This document shows, piece by piece, positions 1 through 8,391 of a DNA stretch of 64,000 nt (the stretch's first letter is position 1; every line of letters starts with the position of its first letter). Below the pieces are notes generated by a model, which was not told the origin of the DNA, searched no databases, and saw only the letters and a program-made list of their open reading frames with translations. The DNA comes from an uncultured Eggerthellaceae bacterium (GTDB lineage: Bacteria; Actinomycetota; Coriobacteriia; Coriobacteriales; Eggerthellaceae), in NCBI GenBank assembly GCA_947565915.1, contig CANOHY010000004.1, positions 9,254-73,253 of the forward strand. Reading direction: 5' to 3'. The translations under genes and the position numbers were made by a program.

Positions 1-1244
1 TTGGCTGACGCTCCCCCATCCACGTTCAGCACCTTCAGCGGCACCCCAGTATCGGCTTCCATGGCGCGCACGAGGTCGTGCACTTGATAGGCGAGCGACT
101 CCAATGCGGCGCGCACGATATGCGCCGTGGTGATACCGCGAGTGAGGCCATAGATCGCACCGCGAGCATCAGCGTCCCAGTAAGGAGCGCCCAAGCCCGT
201 GAAGGCAGGTACCACGTACACGCCCTCGCAGCTGTCGACCGAACGTGCGAGCGCCTCCGATTCCGCAGCCGTCTCGATGAGACCTAGCCCATCGCGCAGC
301 CACTGGATGAGCGCGCCGCCCATGAACACGCTTCCCTCTATGGCATATTCAGGACCATGGCCTGGGGCACTTGCCGCAATGGTGGCTAAAAGCCCGCTCT
401 TCGACGTGGGCACCGTGCCGCCCGTATGCATCAGCAGGAAGCATCCCGTACCATAGGTGTTCTTCGCTTGGCCCTCTTCGAAGCAGCATTGGCCGAACAG
501 CGCGCTTTGCTGATCGCCCGCAACGCCTCGTATGGCTATGCCATCGAAGACGCCGTCGCGCTTCGTAACGCCGAAGTCCCCAGATGACGGGCGCACTTCG
601 GGCAGCATCGACATGGGTATGCCGAACAGCTCGCAAAGCCACTCATCCCATTCCAATGTGTGGATGTTGAACAGCATGGTGCGACTAGCATTGGTATAGT
701 CGGTCGCATGCACGGCGCCATCCGTGAGCGACCAGATGAGCCAGGAATCCATGGTGCCGAAAGCCAAGCTCCCCTCTTCGGCAAGCTCGCGTGCGCCTTC
801 CACGTTGTCGAGGATCCACTTCACCTTGCTTGCCGAGAAGTACGGGTCGGGAATGAGCCCCGTCTTCGAGATGATGGTCTCGCGCACGAGCGGCTCGCTG
901 CAAAGCGCATCCACGATGTCGGCGGTGCGACGACATTGCCACACGATGGCATTGCAGATCGGCTCACCGGTCAGCTTGTTCCACACCACGGTTGTCTCGC
1001 GCTGGTTGGTGATGCCCAGACTGTCGATGTCCGACACGTCGAGCCCGTTCATGATGAGCACGTCCGAGATGGTGGACAGCTGTGCCGTGAGCACTTCCAA
1101 AGCATCGTGTTCCACCCAGCCGGGATGCGGATAGTATTGCGTGAACTCACGCTGCTTCGCGTCGACGATCTTGCCCTCGCTGTTGACGAGCACGGTTCGA
1201 GCCGAGGTGGTGCCCTCGTCGAGCGCCAGGATGTATTTGCTCAT
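1..1244 (-). CDS. glpK: glycerol kinase, N-terminal ~414 codons only (C-terminus lies beyond window start)
   Basis: Absent from the ORF track because it is open at position 1. Hand translation of the reverse strand from ATG 1244-1242 gives [47 protein letters not shown]..., the GlpK/FGGY N-terminal signature. The long + ORF 660-1538 is its antisense shadow. Confidence 0.85.
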   Translation of the reverse strand, partial: MSKYILALDEGTTSARTVLVNSEGKIVDAKQREFTQYYPHPGWVEHDALEVLTAQLSTISDVLIMNGLDVSDIDSLGITNQRETTVVWNKLTGEPICNAIVWQCRRTADIVDALCSEPLVRETIISKTGLIPDPYFSASKVKWILDNVEGARELAEEGSLAFGTMDSWLIWSLTDGAVHATDYTNASRTMLFNIHTLEWDEWLCELFGIPMSMLPEVRPSSGDFGVTKRDGVFDGIAIRGVAGDQQSALFGQCCFEEGQAKNTYGTGCFLLMHTGGTVPTSKSGLLATIAASAPGHGPEYAIEGSVFMGGALIQWLRDGLGLIETAAESEALARSVDSCEGVYVVPAFTGLGAPYWDADARGAIYGLTRGITTAHIVRAALESLAYQVHDLVRAMEADTGVPLKVLNVDGGASA

Positions 1245-1253
1245 GCGCGCCTC

Positions 1254-2240
1254 TCAGATAACCGATTCGATCCAGTCCGTCACGAACTTATACACCTCGT
1301 CGCGGTTCGATTCGTTGTGTATCTCGTGTCGCTTGCCCTCGTAGAGCTTCTCGTCCACATGCACCACGCCGTTGTCGCGCAGCAATTGGGCGGCAGCCCG
1401 CACTCCCTTGCCCATCTCGCCCACGGGGTCGTCTTCGCCCGACACGAACAATATGGGCAGACCATTTGGCACCGCTTGCGCCCAAGCGGGCGTTGTGACC
1501 TCGTTGATAAGCGAGAGCAAGGTGGCGTAGGCGCCTGATGTGAACATCTGGCCGGAAAGCTCGTCGGCCATGTAGTCGTCTACCACGTCTTCCACCGTGG
1601 AGAGCCAATCGAGCGGCGTGCGCGCATTGGGGATGGCCTTGGCATAGGCACCAACGCCCAGGTTATCGAGCATCTTCGAGCGATACGTCTCGCCGCGCAC
1701 GTTGGCGATGAGATGCGCGATGGATTCCCCTATCTTCGACAGGTTGATGGGCCCATGCGCCGTGCCGGCCAGCACGCAGGCAGCAAGCTCCTCGCCGTAG
1801 CGCGAGATGTAGACGCGCGAGATGAGGCTTCCCATGGAATGCCCATATATTATGTAGGGCACTTCGGGGAAATCGGCATGCACCTTGCAATAGAGCGTGT
1901 GCACGTCGGCAACCAGGATGTCCTTTCCACCATTGAGTGGCATATGGCCGAGCAAGTCAGCACTGGGTACCGAATGGCCATGCCCGATGTGGTCTTCGGC
2001 GCACACCATGAACCCCTGGCTTACCAGATAGCGCGCGAAGTGGTCGTAGCGCTCGATATGCTCGGCCATGCCATGCACGATCTGCACCACGCCTTTGGGC
2101 TGCTCCTTGGCCTCTTCGCTATTAGCACCCCACTTCGCGCATGTCCAGATCTGCGCATTGATGTGGCTCATGCCATCGCGCGAGATGTAAGAATAGGGAA
2201 TCACGTACGCGGAATCATGCGAATCGGACATCTGCGCCAT
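1254..2240 (-). CDS. alpha/beta hydrolase, monoacylglycerol lipase / lysophospholipase-like
   Basis: 328 aa. It has an HG oxyanion motif (VHGMAEH) and the nucleophile elbow GHSMGS. Its stop lies 9 nt upstream of the glpK start, so it is probably in the same operon. Confidence 0.7.
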   Translation of the reverse strand: MAQMSDSHDSAYVIPYSYISRDGMSHINAQIWTCAKWGANSEEAKEQPKGVVQIVHGMAEHIERYDHFARYLVSQGFMVCAEDHIGHGHSVPSADLLGHMPLNGGKDILVADVHTLYCKVHADFPEVPYIIYGHSMGSLISRVYISRYGEELAACVLAGTAHGPINLSKIGESIAHLIANVRGETYRSKMLDNLGVGAYAKAIPNARTPLDWLSTVEDVVDDYMADELSGQMFTSGAYATLLSLINEVTTPAWAQAVPNGLPILFVSGEDDPVGEMGKGVRAAAQLLRDNGVVHVDEKLYEGKRHEIHNESNRDEVYKFVTDWIESVI

Positions 2241-2267
2241 CCTTTCCTGCTGGCCGCTCGCGCAACT

Positions 2268-4544
2268 TTACCGCAAGGGCTTCGGGTCGATTTGCGTGTA
2301 GTCTATCACCGACGATGCGCTGCCCGATCCCGCGGAATCATCCCGTAAGACGGCTGCAACCTTGGATGCGAGACGAGGGTCGATGTTCTCGAAGAGGGAC
2401 GTTGCCGGCACGCCCGAAAGGTTAGCCGAGGTTGTTGCAAGGGGACAGCCCACTTCCTCGATGAGTCGACGCACCAAGGGGGAATCGGGCATGCGCAAGC
2501 CGATGGTGCCTGCCTGCGAGCGATAGGCCACGGGCACCTCGTCGGAGGCTTCTACCACAGCCGTGAAGGCCCCCGGCCATTGGCGTTGCACCTCGGCACG
2601 AGCCGCCTCGCTCACATTTTGCCCGTAGCGCATGAGGTCTTCGGGGCTTGCGACGAGCCATGCCACGGGCTTTCCCTCGTCGCGCCCCTTCAGCTCAAAC
2701 AGCTGCTGAGGCGAAGGAGCGAAATCGACCGCAACGGCCAGCCCGTAAACCGTATCGGTAGGGAAGATGACTGCGTTGCCCTCCTTGAGCGCGGCCACGG
2801 CTGACGCGAATGCACCCGTTTCGCCCTCGTAACTCTCAACCAGTGCTTGGGCGCAACGCAGCCCATCCACTGCAGCGCTCATGATGCCCCCTGCATAGCC
2901 CGCACCTTCCCCGCACGGGTAGATGCCCACGTTCTCGGAGAGCCTCGTCGGCCTGCCCCCATGCCCTCGTGCGATGTCGCGCGGGCGCACCTTCTTCACC
3001 ACGCCGCGCTTCGCTTGCAATGTGTCGTCGCTGCGCACGATGCGCACCGGACTTGAGCTGCGCGTTTCCACGCCTGTGAGCACCGCTTGGGGATCGGCGA
3101 ACCCTTTGAGCTTGCGATCGAAAAGGGGGAGCGCCTCGGCAATGGATTCGATCACGAATTCGGGCAGCACCTCGCGCAAATCGCTCCACACCACGCCGCG
3201 TGGATACGTTGGCTTCACCTTCGCGGAAGGATTGCCCGCTTTCATGCTCAGCAAATCGCCTACCGTCTGCGCAGGCGCGCTCCACGGCTCGCCACCGTCT
3301 TCTCGGGCCTCTCCATAGGCAGCTTGCTCGATGCGCCGTTGGAATACCGTGCCAGCAAGAGGGTCTGAGCTGGGAAAATCCTGAGGGGTCACGCCCACCA
3401 GCAACGCAGCGTTGGAATTCTTGCCGTCGCGTGCGAAGCGGCTCATGCCATTGACCACCACGCCGAAGTCCTCGCTTGCGGCAGCTACAACGCTGCCACC
3501 GGGGCACATGCAGAAGGTGTACACGCCACGCCCGCTTGGAAGATGCACCGCCATCTTGTAATCGGCAGCCCCTAGTGCCGGGTGCCCGGCGAAACGGCCA
3601 TATTGGGCTTTATCGATGTCGCTTTGCAGATGCTCGATGCGCACGCCAACCGAGAACGGCTTGGGCTCCATGACCACCTGCGCTCTTTGCAGCATGCGGA
3701 AGGTGTCGCGCGCAGAATGACCGCAAGCCAAGATGAGCTCATGGCATGCGATCGTCTCGTCTTCGCACGATCCTTCCGCCTGCTTGCGAACCACTATCTC
3801 TCGCAGCTTGTCGTGCTCATCGAAGCGCACGTCGACCAATTGTGTGCGAAACCGCACCTCGCCGCCAAGCAGTTCGATGCGCTCGCGCAGATTTCGCACC
3901 ACATCCACCAGCTTGTCGGTGCCTATATGAGGCTTGGCCAAAACGAGAATCTCCTCAGGAGCGCCCGCATCCACGAACCACTGCAGCACATGACGGGCAA
4001 GCGGGCTCTTTGTGCCCGTGGTGAGCTTCCCATCCGAGAAGGTGCCTGCGCCGCCCTCGCCGAACTGCACATTAGCCTGCAGATCCAAGTCGGCGCCCTT
4101 CTCGAAGGCCTCCACCGCCTCGAGGCGCTCGTCGATTGCAGCTCCGCGCTCCAACACCAACGGGCAAAGCCCTGCCTGTGCCAAATAGAGGGCCGCGAAC
4201 AAGCCTGCGGGACCCGTGCCTACCACTACCGGGCGCGGCTCGCCTTCGGGCAGCGCGCACCAGGGAACAGCAAGAGGCCGATAAGGCTCATGCGGCTTCA
4301 CCCGCACGCCCTTGGAGGGCTTGACCTCGCTGAGACCATGCACGCCTGGGCAATCAATCGCAAGCGTGGCGATGAAACGGACACCGCTCTTGCGCGCATC
4401 CACGCTGCGCCGCACGAGCTTCGCTTCAGCAACATCGTCCTGGCTTAGCCCCAATGCCCATGCAGCAGCTTGATCGATGAGCTGTTGCCCGTCCGAAAGC
4501 GCCGCATCGAGGGGCAGGGAAATGCCTGAGGCTTCGATGATCAT
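2268..4544 (-). CDS. FAD-dependent oxidoreductase (COG2509-like) fused to a C-terminal Sua5/YciO/YrdC-type domain
   Basis: 758 aa. The N-terminal ~570 aa carry a Rossmann GTGPAGLFAALYLAQAG motif and CPGG / GYAGGI motifs typical of this flavoprotein family. The last ~181 aa (AVIFPTDTVYGLAV...GLRMPDSPLVRRL...TTSANLSG) match the YrdC/Sua5 fold signature. Confidence 0.7.
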   Translation of the reverse strand: MIIEASGISLPLDAALSDGQQLIDQAAAWALGLSQDDVAEAKLVRRSVDARKSGVRFIATLAIDCPGVHGLSEVKPSKGVRVKPHEPYRPLAVPWCALPEGEPRPVVVGTGPAGLFAALYLAQAGLCPLVLERGAAIDERLEAVEAFEKGADLDLQANVQFGEGGAGTFSDGKLTTGTKSPLARHVLQWFVDAGAPEEILVLAKPHIGTDKLVDVVRNLRERIELLGGEVRFRTQLVDVRFDEHDKLREIVVRKQAEGSCEDETIACHELILACGHSARDTFRMLQRAQVVMEPKPFSVGVRIEHLQSDIDKAQYGRFAGHPALGAADYKMAVHLPSGRGVYTFCMCPGGSVVAAASEDFGVVVNGMSRFARDGKNSNAALLVGVTPQDFPSSDPLAGTVFQRRIEQAAYGEAREDGGEPWSAPAQTVGDLLSMKAGNPSAKVKPTYPRGVVWSDLREVLPEFVIESIAEALPLFDRKLKGFADPQAVLTGVETRSSSPVRIVRSDDTLQAKRGVVKKVRPRDIARGHGGRPTRLSENVGIYPCGEGAGYAGGIMSAAVDGLRCAQALVESYEGETGAFASAVAALKEGNAVIFPTDTVYGLAVAVDFAPSPQQLFELKGRDEGKPVAWLVASPEDLMRYGQNVSEAARAEVQRQWPGAFTAVVEASDEVPVAYRSQAGTIGLRMPDSPLVRRLIEEVGCPLATTSANLSGVPATSLFENIDPRLASKVAAVLRDDSAGSGSASSVIDYTQIDPKPLR

Positions 4545-4553
4545 CGGCTTCTC

Positions 4554-5897
4554 CTAACGGCGCGATCCCATAAGCGAGCGCGCTGCGGCATCGCCTGCAA
4601 TCATACCGCTCGACCAGGCCCAATGCAGGTTATAGCCGCCGCAGGGGCCATCTACATCGACCGCCTCGCCTGCAACATGCAAACCATGCAGCGTGCGCGA
4701 TTGCAACGAGCGCGGATCCAAGTCGGCTACCCTGAACCCACCGCGACGCACTTGGCAAAGCGTTGCATCGGCAATGCCCTCCACCTCGAGCGGACATCCC
4801 GTGAGCAATGACGCCAACCGAGGTGCATCGGCCGGCTTGAAGCGGTTATAGGGATTGATGAAGCTCGCCTTCAGCACGGCTTCAGCCACACGCGGCAACA
4901 ACAGCCCTCGCAACATGTCCATATAGGTAAGGCCTTCGCCATACTCGCCCGTAAGCAGCGACCGGCGTTGGACGAGGTAGGCCTCTGCGTCTTCCTCCAG
5001 GAAATCGAGGAAGTTCACGCGCAGCACATCCCCCTGTTGCGCAAGGCGCGACAGGTTGAACACGCAGATGCCCGAAACGCCATACTTGCGAAACAGCAGC
5101 TCGCCCTTCTCGGTGGCAAGCATTTCCTCGGTTGCGCCCTCTGCGCTGCCGTGCTTCCTGCAGAGCGAAACAGAGACGCGCACGCGGATGTTGTCGAGTT
5201 CGCGAGTGAGCAGGGCATCCTTTTCGGATACGGCTATCGGACCAAGCGTCGGACGCGGGGGCGTGCGCTTCAAATCGCCCACCTGGAGCGCCGAAACCGT
5301 GCGACCACCACAAGCCACCACGACGGCATCGGCACGCTTGATCACCCCGCTTCGCATGCGCAAAGTGTAGCGCGGGAAGTCTTCGCGCGGCGGCTCAACG
5401 GCTGCAAGCTCGGAATCGGTTTCCACCTCCACCCCCAACGCTTCAATGCGCGCGCGCAACACGTCGAGCACTGCCGAGGCCTTGTTGGCAAGCGGATATT
5501 GGCGTCCGTCCTGCTCTTCGCGCCACACCAGTCCCAAGCGATGGAAGAGGCCATGCACCGCGTCCAAGCCATCCGGCGATTCCGGCAGCGAGTCGAGTGC
5601 CTGCTGGACGAACTCGGCATGATGGAACTCATCTATATTAAGTTGGGCATTCGAGAAATTGCAGCGTCCGTTTCCTGTGGCCAGGATGCTGCGACCCACG
5701 CGGTCGTCCTTCTCGTAGATCACGACGCGAACCGCTACGCCATCCGCACGGCAGCGCTCGGCTGCGGCTATGGCCGCGCACAGACCCGAAGCGCCGCCCC
5801 CGATGATGGCAATGGATTTCTCGTTCGCTTGCATGAGCACATTATATACGCGCTCACCCTCTTCTCCTTGCTTATACGCCCTGACCTCAATGTGCAC
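4554..5897 (-). CDS. HI0933/BaiN-like NAD(P)/FAD-dependent oxidoreductase
   Basis: 447 aa with a GTG start. It has IAIIGGGASGLCAAIAAAE dinucleotide-binding motif, GNGRCNFSN, and a C-terminal GGYNLHWAWSSG motif typical of the family. Confidence 0.7.
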   Translation of the reverse strand: MHIEVRAYKQGEEGERVYNVLMQANEKSIAIIGGGASGLCAAIAAAERCRADGVAVRVVIYEKDDRVGRSILATGNGRCNFSNAQLNIDEFHHAEFVQQALDSLPESPDGLDAVHGLFHRLGLVWREEQDGRQYPLANKASAVLDVLRARIEALGVEVETDSELAAVEPPREDFPRYTLRMRSGVIKRADAVVVACGGRTVSALQVGDLKRTPPRPTLGPIAVSEKDALLTRELDNIRVRVSVSLCRKHGSAEGATEEMLATEKGELLFRKYGVSGICVFNLSRLAQQGDVLRVNFLDFLEEDAEAYLVQRRSLLTGEYGEGLTYMDMLRGLLLPRVAEAVLKASFINPYNRFKPADAPRLASLLTGCPLEVEGIADATLCQVRRGGFRVADLDPRSLQSRTLHGLHVAGEAVDVDGPCGGYNLHWAWSSGMIAGDAAARSLMGSRR

Positions 5898-5915
5898 GAG
5901 AATAACGCCTGCCGT

Positions 5916-6057
5916 CAGCCCTTTTCAGAACCACGGCTACCCTGCTCGCCAAAAACATTCACTGGATGTTTTTGGCAAGTGCGGTCGCCTGGCGTCGCGC
6001 CTATAAAGTAAAAATCGCTGTTCGCGATTTTTGAATTGTGCGCGCCGACGGTTCTTC
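5916..6057 (-). repeat. copy A of a 142-nt dispersed intergenic element (reverse complement of 45733-45874)
   Basis: Hand alignment to copy B gave 14 mismatches and no indels. It contains hairpins at 5945-5979 and 6010-6032. Confidence 0.85.
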
Positions 6058-6148
6058 AAAAGGCCGACAGCAGGCGGTTTTGCCCGTGCGCGTTGAGGCC
6101 AGAGTGCACGGGCAATCGCTTTTGGTTCATTTTTTTGTTACTTATTCG

Positions 6149-6177
6149 TTGACTATTATTTTTCATTAGCGTATATT
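6149..6177 (+). promoter_or_regulatory. sigma-70-like promoter (TTGACT - 17 nt - TATATT) for the small ORF at 6210
   Basis: The hexamers are near consensus with exact 17-nt spacing. They sit in an A/T-rich stretch 33 nt upstream of the ATG at 6210. Confidence 0.55.
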
Positions 6178-6209
6178 CTTTTGTACTCGCAATATCGAAC
6201 GCAGCTAAA

Positions 6210-6512
6210 ATGAAGCACAAGAACGCACAACAAGGTCTGGTGAACCTGTTCACCTCGGACTCGTACCGGCTGCTCTGCCTACTGCTCGAGCTGCAGGCAG
6301 ATACGCTGGAAGGGCCACGGGTGCGCGAAAGCCAGGAGGAGATTGCCGCATTGTTCCATGTGAGCAAGGGCAAGCTCAATCCGCTGATGCAAGGACTTGT
6401 TGAAAGCGGATGCATACAGAAATACCGAGCGCGGAGCGGTTACACCGTTACCCCGCTCGGTATTGATGTAGTGAATGCGATTGGGCGTCTGGGGAAGCTT
6501 TCGGCCAAATGA
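6210..6512 (+). CDS. small winged-helix (MarR/Lrp-like) DNA-binding protein, hypothetical
   Basis: 100 aa. The segment ESQEEIAALFHVSKGKLNPLMQGLVESGCIQKYR looks like an HTH plus wing. It has its own strong promoter but no obvious SD. Local G+C is lower than the surroundings. Confidence 0.45.
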   Translation: MKHKNAQQGLVNLFTSDSYRLLCLLLELQADTLEGPRVRESQEEIAALFHVSKGKLNPLMQGLVESGCIQKYRARSGYTVTPLGIDVVNAIGRLGKLSAK

Positions 6513-6926
6513 TCCACGTTCGAAACGGAGGCGGCATGGCATCACCGCAAAAGCGCATCTTCGCGGGCAAGGCGAACCTCCAACCCGAGCCCTTTTGTCC
6601 TTATATAACCAACGAAAGCGGCTATCTCAGTCAAAGGCAACATCTCAACAGGCAACAGCGCAAGGCATCGCGCCGAAGCAGCTTCAGCTTGTTCTCGAGC
6701 GGCGGAAGATCTCGCATCATCTAGCACTTCGCCGCAACCGGCCAAAGCCCCCTTTCTTGCCCTTCGGGCCCACCTGGGCCATTCTGCGCGAGGGCAGGTT
6801 TGGGGGCTTTGTCATGCATGCTTTCACGGAACCCACAGCGCACCCCTGCAACGACCTTACACCGCTTCTTTTGGCTCTGCGATTGATTTTGCCGCCTTTT
6901 CTTCACCTGACAGGCTTCTGATTTCC

Positions 6927-6932
6927 TATAAT
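6927..6932 (+). promoter_or_regulatory. candidate -10 box (TATAAT) upstream of the hydrogenase operon
   Basis: Perfect TATAAT 134 nt upstream of the small-subunit ATG. No well-spaced -35 was found (CTGACA at 14 nt). It is followed by TGTCAT TGTCAT TGCCAT hexamer repeats. Confidence 0.3.
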
Positions 6933-7065
6933 GACCCAGTTCTGTCATTGTCATTGCCATCGTCCTCGTGCGCAACACGGACCATGCGATTGCGATGGCA
7001 AGATCTAGGCTGCACATGCAGCAAGAATGGGATGCAAGACGCAATAGAAGGAGAGGTGAAAGCCT

Positions 7066-8385
7066 ATGAGCGAGGAAACCGCTAGCTTCGATTTCCCCCA
7101 GGCGCTCGAGGCACGCGGCGTTTCCCGCAGGAGCTTTCTGAAGTTCTGCGGAGCTCTCGCCGCAGCAGCAGGCTTGTCAGCAGCTGCCACACCACGGGTT
7201 GCCATGGCCGTGGAGCAAAGCGTGACAAGCGCACAGGTGAAGAAGCTGTTCCCCGTAATCTGGCTGGAAGGCGCATCGTGCACGGGTTGCACCGAGTCGT
7301 TTGCGCAAATCGAAACGCCGGATGTGGCCACAGTGGTTCTGGAGATGATCTCGCTGAACTACTCCGACGTCCTGAGCGCAGGCGCCGGCTGGTCGATCGA
7401 GGAAGCCAAGGATCGCACCATCGAAGAGGGCAATTACATCGTAGTGTACGAGGGTGCCATCACCCAGGGCTTCGAGGGCAACACGCTGCGCGTGGCCATG
7501 CACACCGGAGAAGCCATCCTCGAGCAGGCTGCTAGCAATGCGACCGCCATCGTGGCGTTGGGCTCCTGCGCCGTGAACGGCGGCTGGATGGCAGCTTATC
7601 CGAACCCGGCGAATGCCACGGGCGTGCAAGCGTTCCTTGCCTCGCGCGGCATTACCGACAAGCCCATCGTGAACATTCCGGGCTGCCCGGCAAACCCCGA
7701 GTGGCTCATGAGCGTGCTGGTGCAGGTGCTGCTGATGGGTGGCCTCTCTGCGCTCGACCTGAACGAGATGGCCAAGCCAGCTGGCATCTTCAACCAATAT
7801 ATCCACGACAACTGCGAGCGTCGCGGCCACTTCGAGAATGGCGAGTTCGTCTACGAGTTCGGCAGCAAGGAAGAAGAGCTCGGCTATTGCCTCTACGCCC
7901 TTGGCTGCAAGGGCCCGCAAACGAAGTCGAACTGCGGCATCGTACTGTGGAACAACCGCCGCAGCTGGTGCGTGCAGGCCGGCTCTCCTTGCCTGGGCTG
8001 CTGCGAGGCCAACCCCGCTGACCCTGGCGACAACTGGGTGGAAGTGAACACGCCTTTCTACGAGCGTCAGCGCGACCTGCACATTGGAAACTGGTTCTTC
8101 CAGCCCACGCTTATCGGCGCTGGCCTGACCGGCTTGGTAGCCCTTGCCCTGGTAATCCACGGCTTCGGCATGAAGAAGACTGGTCGCATGGACGGCGGCG
8201 CGCCTTTCGAGAAGGTACGCGCTTGGGATGCCAAGCACCCTGAAAAGGCCATCGGCCAGTATCAATATGCCGTGGGTGACGACCCCGTTAAGATGCAAGA
8301 CTTCGAGAAGAAGATCGCTGCAGATTACGTGGAAGAGGAAGTCACCGAAGAAGTGACCATCACCGACGAAGAAGAAGGGAGGTAA
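7066..8385 (+). CDS. [NiFe] hydrogenase small subunit, Tat-exported, with C-terminal TM anchor and acidic tail
   Basis: Twin-arginine signal SRRSFLKFCGALAAAAGLSAAATPRVAMA and FeS cysteine clusters (CTGC, GCPANPEW, CLGCC). It has the TM segment TLIGAGLTGLVALALVIHGF. The RBS is GAAGGAGAGG. Confidence 0.9.
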   Translation: MSEETASFDFPQALEARGVSRRSFLKFCGALAAAAGLSAAATPRVAMAVEQSVTSAQVKKLFPVIWLEGASCTGCTESFAQIETPDVATVVLEMISLNYSDVLSAGAGWSIEEAKDRTIEEGNYIVVYEGAITQGFEGNTLRVAMHTGEAILEQAASNATAIVALGSCAVNGGWMAAYPNPANATGVQAFLASRGITDKPIVNIPGCPANPEWLMSVLVQVLLMGGLSALDLNEMAKPAGIFNQYIHDNCERRGHFENGEFVYEFGSKEEELGYCLYALGCKGPQTKSNCGIVLWNNRRSWCVQAGSPCLGCCEANPADPGDNWVEVNTPFYERQRDLHIGNWFFQPTLIGAGLTGLVALALVIHGFGMKKTGRMDGGAPFEKVRAWDAKHPEKAIGQYQYAVGDDPVKMQDFEKKIAADYVEEEVTEEVTITDEEEGR

Positions 8386-8391
8386 GCCAGC

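Noticed and set aside
6475-6921. ORFs in the 550-nt gap upstream of the hydrogenase genes (148 aa at 6475-6921, 71 aa at 6509-6724, 107 aa minus at 6721-7044)
   Set aside because: They are mutually overlapping and Arg/Pro/Ser-rich, with no RBS and no motifs. The region is more likely a long untranslated leader or promoter region.
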